A DNA stretch of 63,474 nucleotides, filler included, from Nitrospinota bacterium (lineage in GTDB: Bacteria; JADFOP01): assembly GCA_022562795.1 (NCBI GenBank). It is 4 parts of 4 records of this genome, joined end to end, with 100 filler letters (N's around TTAATTAATTAA, not from the genome) between each part and the next. Parts side by side here need not be neighbours in the genome. Positions count along the whole stretch, not along the records: positions 1 to 26,183 come from JADFOP010000032.1; 3 more parts are not named here. The stretch is one strand, 5' to 3'. A program made the translations under genes and the position numbers. Position 1 is the stretch's first letter, and each line of letters starts with the position of its first letter. The notes below the pieces were generated by a model, which was not told where the DNA came from, did not search any database, and worked only from the letters and a program-made list of their open reading frames with translations. This document shows, in pieces, positions 1-8,687 of this stretch.

Positions 1-1
1 G

Positions 2-685
2 CCTCTCCGAAGCCGACACGGCCACGGCCAGACTTTGCGCCGGCTGAATCCGGAACTCGGCGCGAAGGTTGCGGACGGCGCGGACGATCTCGGTCACGGC
101 GCCCATCTCGCCCTCGGCCTCGTCGTCGAACATCGATGCGTCGGCCTCGGGATAGGGCGCCACCACCAGTGCCTGCGGACGGTCGGGTTCCGCCGGCAGG
201 TATTTCGTGAGAGTCTGCCAGATCTCTTCGGTAACGAAGGGCATGAAGGGGTGCAGCAGGCGGAGCACCCGCTCGAGGACGTGGGCGAGGACCGTCAGGG
301 GCGACGGATGGCCCTCGCCGCCTGAGCGGAGCCTGATCTTGGCCATCTCGATGTACCAGTCGCAGTACTCGCTCCACAGGAAGTCGTGGATAACGCGCTG
401 CGCCTCGCCGAACTGGTACTCCTCCATGAAGCCCTGGACCTCCGCGGCCACGCGGTTCAGCCTGCTGAGTATCCAGCGGTCCTGCCGATGCGAGGGAGTG
501 GGCCGTGGCCAGCCCTCCAGCCCGGCAGCACCGTCGAGGTTGGAGATAACGAAGCGCGCCGCGTTCCACAGCTTGTTGGCGAAGTTGCGGCTGGCCTCCA
601 GCTTGCGCTCGTTGAGGCGAATGTCGTTTCCGGCCGAGGCGCCCGTCGTCAGCGCGTACCTAACGGCGTCGGCCCCGAACTCCTC
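2..685 (-). CDS. valS: Valyl-tRNA synthetase internal fragment, joined in frame to moeA; runs off the window edge
   Basis: Manual translation: EEFGADAVRYALTTGASAGNDIRLNERKLEASRNFANKLWNAARF...DRWILSRL...DFLWSEYCDWYIE...LRLLHPFMPFVTEEIWQ. Confidence 0.9.
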
Positions 686-1336
686 CAGCGACGCCAGCAG
701 GGTCGTCGTGTTGATGTCGTAGATTTGGCCCGGCCCGAGGGGGCCTTCCCCCGGCGGGACGATCTCCTTACCGGTGGGGATGACGACGGCCGAGGGCTTG
801 GCGTAGACAAGTACTGTGCTGCGCCCCACGGCGGCAAAGGCTCCAAGCCGGGCGGGGTTTAGCAGGACACCGGACTCGATCACGACCTCACCGGCTCTAA
901 TGTCTTCGCCTCGGGGGGCGGCGTTCCTGCCAGTCTCGATGGGCTTGAGGATGCGGACGGCTTCCCCCGTGGCTTCGGTGTGCTCCACCATGACGACGGC
1001 GTCGGCCCCGGCCGGCATGGGGGCTCCCGTGGCGACAGCGATGCACGTGCCAGGCTCAACGGAGAGGCTCGTCTCCTCGCCGGCGTAGACCCGCTCCACG
1101 CAGGTCAGGATGACCGGGGCTCCAACGGTGTCGGCGGCCCTAACGGCGTAGCCGTCCATCGCGGCCCGGTCGAAGGGGGGCACGTCGGCCTCGGCCCTAA
1201 CGGCCTCGGCCACCACCCGGCCGGTGGCGGAGGGAACGGAGACCACCTCGGTCCCCTCCAGGGGTTCGGCGGCCTCTAGGGCGAGCGCAAGGGCCTCATC
1301 GAGCGGGGTGAGTTGCTTCGTTTGATGAGCAGACAT
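665..1336 (-). CDS. moeA: Molybdopterin molybdenumtransferase MoeA, N-terminal half only (chimeric with valS)
   Basis: ATG at 1336; VPPFDRAAMDGYAVR, TGAPMPAGADAVVMVE, GQIYDIN motifs; lies downstream of moaB. Absent from the ORF track because the frame has no stop in the window. Confidence 0.9.
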
Positions 1337-1361
1337 ATAAAAAGGCTCGCCGTCCCAGGAA

Positions 1362-1883
1362 CTATTCTTTCTTATCCGGCCTTTTTTCCATCTCAAAGAC
1401 CAGGTGGCCGAGCTCAGGCAGGATGAGCTTTTCCATCGCAAGCCTGACCGCGGCCCGGGAGCCGGGCATCGCGAAGATGAGCGCTCCTTTGGCCACCCCG
1501 CCCACGGCCCGGCTCAGCATGGCCGCCGCCCCGATCTCCTCGTAGGAAAAGACACGGAAGAGCTCGCCGAAGCCGTCCATGCGTTTGTCGAGCATCTCGG
1601 AGACCACCTCGTGGGTCCTGTCCCGGGGCGTGATGCCAGTCCCCCCGGTAAGCAGAATGGCCTTTACGCCGTCGGTTCCCGCCGCCTCTTCGACGGCCCT
1701 CCGGATGGCCGGGGGCTCGTCGGGCACGATGCAGGAGGAGAGGACCCTATGGCCCGCCCCATCCAACCCATCCCGGATGAGCTGGCCCGAGGTGTCGGTG
1801 GCCTCGGTCCGGGTATCGCTGATGGTAATTACGGCACAGCCAACGGAGGTCGGGCTTTGGGCGCGGTGTTCTTCGATGCCCAT
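1362..1883 (-). CDS. moaB: Molybdenum cofactor biosynthesis protein MoaB/MogA family
   Basis: TISDTR, TGGTGITPRDRT, GFGELFR, AMLSRA, MPGS motifs; start moved to MGIEEH. Confidence 0.9.
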   Translation of the reverse strand: MGIEEHRAQSPTSVGCAVITISDTRTEATDTSGQLIRDGLDGAGHRVLSSCIVPDEPPAIRRAVEEAAGTDGVKAILLTGGTGITPRDRTHEVVSEMLDKRMDGFGELFRVFSYEEIGAAAMLSRAVGGVAKGALIFAMPGSRAAVRLAMEKLILPELGHLVFEMEKRPDKKE

Positions 1884-1887
1884 TATC

Positions 1888-2574
1888 TCAATGCCCCACG
1901 GAGGAACCGTGGTGGCCCACCCAAACCTCGCCGTCCTCGAAGACCTCCTTTTTCCAAATCGGGACGATCTCCTTGAGCCGTTCGATGGCGTAGGAGCAGG
2001 CCTCAAGGGCCTCGCGCCGGTGGGGAGCGGCCACGGCGATGGCCAAGCTCATCTCGCCCACCTCAAGGCGGCCGACCCGGTGGAGGATGGCCACGGAGTC
2101 CACGGCCCACTTGGCCCCGATCTCTTCGCCGATCTGGGTCATTTTCCGCTCCGCCATGGAAGGGTAAGCCTCGTACTCCAAGTAGAGAACCCGCCGCCCC
2201 TCGGTCTCTTCGCGCACCACGCCTCCGAAGGCGGCCACTGCCCCTGAGGAGTCCCGACGGACCAACTGGGCAACCTCATCGAGGCTGATGGGGCGCTCCA
2301 CCATCGCATAGGTTTCGGCCGGCAGGCTCTGGCCTCCGCTGACCGGCGGGATTAGGGCTACCTCATCTCCGTCGGCCAGCGATGCCTCCCGAGCGGCATA
2401 CTCCTGATTGACGGAAACCGCCAGGGCGGGCTCCAGGCCCTTGAGGTCTGGATGGGTGCGTATCAACACCTCCAGAAGGTCCTGAGCCTTCGCACCGGGC
2501 TCCAGCTCCACGGTTTCCTCGGCGGCGCCGACGACGTCCTTGCAGGATGCAAAATAAAGGACGGTGACTTTCAT
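1888..2574 (-). CDS. Fused molybdopterin synthase MoaD-MoaE (MoaX-type)
   Basis: Ubiquitin-like N-terminus ending ALIPPVSGG, then MoaE motifs LEYEAY, HRVGRL, LKEIVPIWKKE. Confidence 0.9.
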   Translation of the reverse strand: MKVTVLYFASCKDVVGAAEETVELEPGAKAQDLLEVLIRTHPDLKGLEPALAVSVNQEYAAREASLADGDEVALIPPVSGGQSLPAETYAMVERPISLDEVAQLVRRDSSGAVAAFGGVVREETEGRRVLYLEYEAYPSMAERKMTQIGEEIGAKWAVDSVAILHRVGRLEVGEMSLAIAVAAPHRREALEACSYAIERLKEIVPIWKKEVFEDGEVWVGHHGSSVGH

Positions 2575-3080
2575 TCGATTGCCCCTTGCCCCTTCGGGGC
2601 CTCCTCGCCGGAGGCCGTGTAGGCGCCACTAGCGCCCCCGGCCTTGTGGATGAGCCGGAGGTCCGAGACGGTGATGGAGCGATCCACCGACTTACACATA
2701 TCGTAAATCGTAAGGGCAGAGACGGCCGCGCCCGTCATGGCCTCCATCTCCACCCCCGTCTTTGCGGTCGTCTTAACCGTGACCTCGATATCGACGGCGG
2801 CGGCCTCATCCCGGAGCTCAAACTCAACGGTCACGGCGGACAGGGGGAGAGGATGACACAGGGGGATGAGTTCGGAGGTTCGTTTGGCTCCCATAATCCC
2901 CGCCAGCCTTGCAACCTCCAAGACATCGCCCTTCTCCAGGCTCTTATCGACGAGACGACTGAATGTGGCCGGGGCCATGGTAACGGTGGCTCGGGCCGTG
3001 GCGATACGCTCCGTTGTGGGCTTCGCAGAGACATCCACCATCCGGGCCTTGCCTGCCTCATCGAAGTGGGTGAGCGCCAT
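2571..3080 (-). CDS. moaC: Cyclic pyranopterin monophosphate synthase MoaC
   Basis: LTHFDEAGKARMVDVSAK, LIPLCHPL, TGVEMEA, TIYDMCK. Confidence 0.95.
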   Translation of the reverse strand: MALTHFDEAGKARMVDVSAKPTTERIATARATVTMAPATFSRLVDKSLEKGDVLEVARLAGIMGAKRTSELIPLCHPLPLSAVTVEFELRDEAAAVDIEVTVKTTAKTGVEMEAMTGAAVSALTIYDMCKSVDRSITVSDLRLIHKAGGASGAYTASGEEAPKGQGAIE

Positions 3081-3268
3081 GGGGTCACCTTTCGGTTGTA
3101 GAGCGAATTGCCTTTCAGGATACCTAGGGGGATAGGAACTCGTCAAGGCGAAAGGGGACCAGCATGGTGTCACGCCCTGGGAGCCGTTTGCACAGAGGCG
3201 GGCGAGGGATTATGTTTATTAATGAACTGTTCCATCACTTCATCTAGCTAGCCATTTGTGGAGACTGC

Positions 3269-4261
3269 ATGGATCCTCTCGTAGATACCTTCGGTCGCGT
3301 TGCAAAGAACCTTAGGGTTTCCGTGACGGATCGTTGTGACCTCCGATGCCTCTACTGCATGCCGCCCGAAGGGCTGGAGTGGCTCCCTCGTCCTGAGCTC
3401 CTTACCTATGAGGAGATCGAGCGGTTGGTCCGCATCATGGTCCGCCTTGGCGTGGAGAAGGTTCGAATCACCGGAGGCGAGCCGCTTGTCCGCAAAGACC
3501 TCCCTGTTCTGGTCGAGAAGCTGGCCCGTATTGAGGGGCTAAAAGACCTTGCCTTGACAACCAACGGTGTGCAGCTCAAGCGCTTCGCCGGAGACCTGGC
3601 GGCGGCAGGCTTGAAGCGAATCAACGTGAGTCTGGACTCCCTTCAGAAAGACCGCTTTTTTCAGATCGTTCGCCGGGACGTGCTGGAGAAAGTTTTGGAG
3701 GGTCTGGAGGAGCTGGAGCGCCACCCCTCCATCAGCCCCATCAAGGTCAACGTGGTCACCATGCAGGGGGTCAACGACGACGAGATGCTTGAGTTCGCCA
3801 AGCTGGCCATGCGCAAGCCCTACGTCATCCGCTTCATCGAGTTCATGCCCCTCGACGCCCAAGAGGCCTGGCAGCGCGAGCAGGTGCTGACCGGCCGGGA
3901 AGTCTTCGAGCGCATCAACGCATACAGGCGGCTCGTTCCCATCGACACCTCCACGAACAGCTCCCCCGATACAAAGTACCGCTTCGAGGACGGTTCGGGC
4001 GAGATCGGCTTCATCAACTCCGTCAGCGAGCCTTTCTGCGCATCCTGCGACCGGATACGTATCACTGCAGACGGGCAGTTTCGAAACTGCCTCTTCGCCC
4101 TTGAGGAGACCGACCTCAAGACCCCTATGCGTGCTGGGGCCAGCGACGAGGAGCTTGCGGTGCTGATCCGCCAGGGGGTGTGGGAGAAGTGGGCGGGCCA
4201 CCTCATCAACCAGCCGACTTTTCAGCGGCCCGGCCGCTCCATGTCGCAGATCGGAGGCTGA
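3269..4261 (+). CDS. moaA: GTP 3',8-cyclase MoaA (radical SAM)
   Basis: RVSVTDRCDLRCLYCMP, TGGEPL, C-terminal FCASCDRIR...C cluster, terminal MSQIGG. Confidence 0.97.
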   Translation: MDPLVDTFGRVAKNLRVSVTDRCDLRCLYCMPPEGLEWLPRPELLTYEEIERLVRIMVRLGVEKVRITGGEPLVRKDLPVLVEKLARIEGLKDLALTTNGVQLKRFAGDLAAAGLKRINVSLDSLQKDRFFQIVRRDVLEKVLEGLEELERHPSISPIKVNVVTMQGVNDDEMLEFAKLAMRKPYVIRFIEFMPLDAQEAWQREQVLTGREVFERINAYRRLVPIDTSTNSSPDTKYRFEDGSGEIGFINSVSEPFCASCDRIRITADGQFRNCLFALEETDLKTPMRAGASDEELAVLIRQGVWEKWAGHLINQPTFQRPGRSMSQIGG

Positions 4262-4470
4262 GGCCCATCGCCTAATTTCGACCAACCAGGTCACCGGCAA
4301 CATCGTCTTGTTGCCATGGGCCGAGTAGCCATTGTGGGACAGTAGTAGCTCGGCTTTTTTATTTGGCATGACAAACCAGTGTAAACGAAGTAAGGGTCGA
4401 GGTTCGAAGGCGGCTTCGGAGCCCTTGGTTGGTAGAGATACTGGTTAATGGCCCGCGTAAGGAGAAGATA

Positions 4471-5349
4471 ATGACAACCCCAAAGGTTCTAGTAACCGGC
4501 GCGGGGGGAAAAACGGCCTCTTACGTGGTCGAACAGCTCATCGAAGAGGGCTTTCCGGTGCGCGCCTTAGTTCGCCGCCTCGACGAAAGATCGGATCGCC
4601 TCACATCTCTGGGGGCCGAGGTGGTCGTGGGAGATTTCTTAGATATCGAATCGCTCCGGTCTGCCATGGCGGGTTTAAAACGCGCGTACTTCTGCTATCC
4701 ACCCGCGGACCGCCTGCTGGAAGCCACCACCAACTTTGCTATCGTGGCCAAGGAAGTTTCCCTGGAGGCGCTGGTCAACATGTCGCAGTTTGAAGTTCGC
4801 GATGCACATCCGAGCCATCTTGCGAACCAGCACTGGCTGGGGGAGAGAGTGCTGGAGTGGGCTGACGTAGGCGTAACACATATACGCCCCACATTTTTCG
4901 CCGAAATGTCTCTGATACTGAACGGAAAGACCATCGCCTCCGAAGGGAAAATGTATCTACCCTACGGCGACGGAAAACACGCTCCGGTATCGGCCGAAGA
5001 CATCGCGCGCGTGGTGGTCGGTGTGCTAACGAACCCCGGACCGCACACCGGCGAGATATATAAAGTGACGGGGCCGGAGGATTTGTCGATCGCAGAGATC
5101 GCGGAGATATTCAACACGGCCCTCGGCAAGCCGGTTGAATACGTGGACATACCCTTAGAGGTTTGGCAGAAGGCCTTGGCTGACTTGGGCCTCTCTCCCT
5201 TTTTAATCCAACACCTGGGCCACATGGCAGAGGACCATAAAAACGGGTTTTTTGCCGGAGTGACGGATGTGGTGCATAAGGTTGGAGGCCGGCAACCTCA
5301 GTCCCTCGAGGACTTTATTCGCGCGAACGCCCAAGCCTTCGGGGCGTAG
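4471..5349 (+). CDS. NmrA-family NAD(P)-binding protein (atypical SDR)
   Basis: VLVTGAGGKTA Rossmann start, IRPTFF, VSAEDIA, TGPE; AAGGAG RBS before ATG 4471. Confidence 0.85.
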   Translation: MTTPKVLVTGAGGKTASYVVEQLIEEGFPVRALVRRLDERSDRLTSLGAEVVVGDFLDIESLRSAMAGLKRAYFCYPPADRLLEATTNFAIVAKEVSLEALVNMSQFEVRDAHPSHLANQHWLGERVLEWADVGVTHIRPTFFAEMSLILNGKTIASEGKMYLPYGDGKHAPVSAEDIARVVVGVLTNPGPHTGEIYKVTGPEDLSIAEIAEIFNTALGKPVEYVDIPLEVWQKALADLGLSPFLIQHLGHMAEDHKNGFFAGVTDVVHKVGGRQPQSLEDFIRANAQAFGA

Positions 5350-5397
5350 AAGTAGCAACAAATTTGATGGAGTAACCTCGCGTGAGAGGAGGGAGCA

Positions 5398-5652
5398 ATG
5401 GAGAAAGTAACGGTCTATTCTACCCCCACCTGACCCCACTGCACCACGGCGAAAGAGTTCCTTTCGCAAAAGGGGGTCGCCTTTACTGAGCATGATGTCA
5501 GTCAGGATCGAGAGGCCCTTGAGGAGATGGTCAAGATATCCGGAGCGCTCAGCGTTCCAGTAATCGTCGTCTGTGAAGAGGTGATGGTAGGGTTCGACCG
5601 ATCCCGCCTCGAACAGGCCCTGACTTGTATGGAGCAACGGTCCGAGGTATAG
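5398..5652 (+). CDS. Glutaredoxin/NrdH-like selenoprotein (U-P-H-C motif; TGA 5431-5433 read as Sec)
   Basis: [85 protein letters not shown]; Grx similarity continues on both sides of the TGA; SECIS-like hairpin follows. Confidence 0.88.
5432..5478 (+). promoter_or_regulatory. Putative bacterial SECIS element of the glutaredoxin gene
   Basis: Upper stem GCGAAAG (5449-5455) / CTTTCGC (5461-5467), loop AGTTC; lower pairing GACCCC / GGGGTC. Confidence 0.7.
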
Positions 5653-5761
5653 ACATGACGCGGAGCATCCCGGCCCTGTCACCTCAATGGCGTGGTTCTT
5701 ATTAGGAATTTGTCGCGAAAGAAAACCCAGAGATGGCATTGTCCGGAGGGAGGAGATTAAT

Positions 5762-6724
5762 ATGCGTTGGATAGTAACATTGCTTGGAGCCACACTGATG
5801 GTCGCTCTGATGGCGCCGCCAGCAGCGGGACGCATGAGACGAAATCCGACGATGCACAAATCAGTGAAAGTGGACGGGTTGGACATCTTCTACCGCGAGG
5901 CGGGTCCGAAGGACGCTCCAACCATTCTGCTGTTGCACGGTTTTCCCACGTCGTCGCACATGTTTCGTAACCTTATCCCCGCACTTTCCGACCGATTCCA
6001 CATAGTCGCACCAGACTACCCTGGCTTTGGGAATAGTTCCATGCCATCGCCAGACAAGTTCAACTACACATTCGATCAATTGGCTGAAGTGATCGAGAAG
6101 TTTATTGCAGCGGTTGGACTGAAAAAATATAGCCTTTACGTCATGGACTACGGTGCACCGGTGGGCTTCCGCATCGCGGCGAAACACCCAAATCAGGTGC
6201 AGGCGCTGATCGTGCAGAATGGCAACGCGTATGAAGAAGGCCTGCTCGAGTTCTGGGATCCATTTAAGATATACTGGAAAGAGCGAACCGAGGCTAATGC
6301 CAAGCCTCTCCGCGAATTTTTTGAGATTGGTGCAACAAAGTGGCAGTATACGCACGGCGTGCGGAACGTCGAGGCAATCAGCCCTGACAACTGGACGGTC
6401 GATCAATCGCTGCTTGATCGTCCTGGAAACAAGGAAATCCAGCTCCAGTTATTCTATGACTACGGTTCCAACCCCCCACTCTATCCTCAGTGGCAGGCCT
6501 ATTTTCGTAAATACCAGCCGCCGACGCTCGTAGTTTGGGGAAAGAACGACTTTATATTCCCGGCGGAAGGTGCTCACCCGTATCTTAAGGACCTCAAGAA
6601 CATTGAGTTCCATTTGCTAAACACAGGTCACTTCGCGCTGGAAGAAGACGGCGACTTGATTGCCACACTGATTCGCCGATTCATGAAAAGATTTGTAGTG
6701 TCTGGAACGAGTGGAACACAATAG
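5762..6724 (+). CDS. Alpha/beta hydrolase (epoxide hydrolase/dehalogenase-like) with probable signal peptide
   Basis: [20 protein letters not shown] (Asp nucleophile), WGKND, TGHFALE; hydrophobic N-terminus. Confidence 0.88.
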   Translation: MRWIVTLLGATLMVALMAPPAAGRMRRNPTMHKSVKVDGLDIFYREAGPKDAPTILLLHGFPTSSHMFRNLIPALSDRFHIVAPDYPGFGNSSMPSPDKFNYTFDQLAEVIEKFIAAVGLKKYSLYVMDYGAPVGFRIAAKHPNQVQALIVQNGNAYEEGLLEFWDPFKIYWKERTEANAKPLREFFEIGATKWQYTHGVRNVEAISPDNWTVDQSLLDRPGNKEIQLQLFYDYGSNPPLYPQWQAYFRKYQPPTLVVWGKNDFIFPAEGAHPYLKDLKNIEFHLLNTGHFALEEDGDLIATLIRRFMKRFVVSGTSGTQ

Positions 6725-6826
6725 GTCGCGGAATTCGTAAGGACTTCAGGGATGGTAGGAGAATTGAGCAAAAGCTGAACGTCCCTACTTGTATAAACGA
6801 GATTATAATTTAGAGGGAGACCATAT

Positions 6827-7510
6827 ATGAAGCTCCTGTCGGTGAATGTTTCGTTACCCAAGGAGGTCCCATACAAGGGCAAGACAATCACAACGGGAAT
6901 TTTTAAAGAACCGGTGGAGGGCCGGGTCATGCTGCGAGAGCTGAACCTCGACGGCGACGGCCAGGCCGATCTGAAGGCCCACGGCGGGACTTACAAATCA
7001 GTCTACGTCTACTCGATTGAGAATTACAACTATTGGAAGCGCGAACTCGGACGGGACGACTTTACCTTCGGACAGTTCGGTGAGAATTTCACCGTCGAGG
7101 GCATGCTTGATGACGAGGTCCACATCGGCGACATCTTCCGGGTGGGCGACGCACTCGTCGAAGTGACCCAGCCCCGGGTTCCGTGTTTCAAGCTCGGCCT
7201 CAGGATGGGCATGGTGGAATTCCCAAAATTGTTTCATAAAGTCGAGCGGCCCGGGTTCTATCTGAGGGTGTTGGAGGAGGGCGAAGTGGGAGCGGGCGAC
7301 GTATTCGAGCGGGTCGAGGCCGACCCCGAGCGGGTGACGGTGCGGGATGTCTACCATCTTCTCTACTTCGACAAGGAAAACGTGGAAGGGGCGAAGAAGG
7401 CGCTCTGCGTCAAGGCCCTCTCGCCCGGCTGGCGTGGCTCGTTCGAGGAGATTGTAGCGAAAGACCCAGATGCGTCAACCGAAGACCTCGACTGTTGCAC
7501 AGGAGCATAA
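6827..7510 (+). CDS. MOSC domain protein, YiiM-like (Moco-dependent)
   Basis: TGIFKEPV, GDGQADLKAHGG, FGENFT, VTQPRVPCFKL, GFYLRVLEEG. Confidence 0.92.
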   Translation: MKLLSVNVSLPKEVPYKGKTITTGIFKEPVEGRVMLRELNLDGDGQADLKAHGGTYKSVYVYSIENYNYWKRELGRDDFTFGQFGENFTVEGMLDDEVHIGDIFRVGDALVEVTQPRVPCFKLGLRMGMVEFPKLFHKVERPGFYLRVLEEGEVGAGDVFERVEADPERVTVRDVYHLLYFDKENVEGAKKALCVKALSPGWRGSFEEIVAKDPDASTEDLDCCTGA

Positions 7511-7514
7511 AAAC

Positions 7515-7991
7515 ATGCGTTTGGAGAACAACCAGCAGTTTCCAACGGTAGTCGCTCGGCGAGTGGGAGACGGTGAGATCACAATCCCCGATGATCTGGC
7601 TGAGAGCTGGGGTGTGTTGCTCTTCTACCGGGGAGATTGGTGACATTACTGCAATCAGCAGTTAGCTGACTTTCAAACGAACATCGAGCGGTTAAGCGAG
7701 ATCGGTACCCGGGTGGTTGCGCTGTCCGTAGACTCGGAAGAGGACGCCCAAAAGACCGTGGACCGCAACGCGCTCGCATTCCCGGTCCTGTATGGGCTAG
7801 ACGCTCCGACGATGGCTTCGATGATCGGCGCTTACATCAACGAGGAGCCGCTCTACCTCCATGCCACCGGCTTCATCCTGCAGCCGAACGGGACCATCGC
7901 CTTGGCCGTCTACTCCAGCGGTCCGATCGGCCGCATCGTGTCCGATGACGCCATCGGAATTATTCGGCACTATCAGAAGCACGGCTACTAG
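7515..7991 (+). CDS. AhpC/TSA peroxiredoxin-like selenoprotein (W-U-H-Y-C motif; TGA 7641-7643 read as Sec)
   Basis: MRLENNQQFP...VLLFYRGDW-U-HYCNQQLADFQ...VVALSVDS; in frame with ORF 7713-7991; AGGAG RBS at the end of the MOSC gene. Confidence 0.88.
7655..7669 (+). promoter_or_regulatory. Putative SECIS hairpin of the Prx-like gene
   Basis: TCAGC-AGTTA-GCTGA; loop starts 16 nt after the TGA; loop matches the Grx one (AGTT). Confidence 0.55.
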
Positions 7992-8033
7992 GGTACAGAG
8001 GTGGCCACGCAGTCTTGATCCCTGAGGACTATC

Positions 8034-8669
8034 TTGGAAATCATCCCTCCGGCAATCGAGTCGTACCTGGAGAGTCTACTGCCTGGGAGGCACCCCGTCT
8101 TCATTGAGATGGAGGCTGAAGCCCGCCGCAGGGGATTTCCCATCGTCGGCCCCGTAGTGGGCTCGCTGCTGGCGCTTCTCGCCCGGGCCATCGGCGCCCG
8201 GACCATCCTCGAGCTCGGAAGCGGCTTCGGCTACTCCGCCCTCTGGTTCGCCCAAGCCCTCCCGCCGGACGGCCACCTCATCGCCATCGAGGTCAACCCC
8301 GACAACGCCAAAGACGCCCAAGCCTACTTCGCCCAGGTGGGCCTCGAGGGCCGGGCGACCCTCAAGATAGGCGACGCCCTGGAGCTCATCGAGGCCGAGG
8401 CCGGCCCCTTCGACATCATCTTCAACGACATAGATAAGGACGCCTACCCCGAGGTCCCGCCCAAGGCGCTGCCCCGGCTTCGGATCGGGGGTCTGCTCAT
8501 CTCCGACAACGCCCTCTGGTCCGGCCGGGTAACCGAGCCTACCGGCGATACATGGACGGCCGGCGTGCAGGCCTACAACAAGATGGTGGCATCCGACCCG
8601 ACACTCGCCACCACCATCGTTCCGATCCGCGACGGGGTGTCGGTGAGCCTCAAGCTCTCGGATGGGTGA
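8034..8669 (+). CDS. SAM-dependent O-methyltransferase (CCoAOMT-like)
   Basis: ILELGSGFGYS, FDIIFNDIDK, ISDNALWSG, IRDGV. Confidence 0.9.
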   Translation: MEIIPPAIESYLESLLPGRHPVFIEMEAEARRRGFPIVGPVVGSLLALLARAIGARTILELGSGFGYSALWFAQALPPDGHLIAIEVNPDNAKDAQAYFAQVGLEGRATLKIGDALELIEAEAGPFDIIFNDIDKDAYPEVPPKALPRLRIGGLLISDNALWSGRVTEPTGDTWTAGVQAYNKMVASDPTLATTIVPIRDGVSVSLKLSDG

Positions 8670-8687
8670 GGGGGGTAGGCTGGCCCT

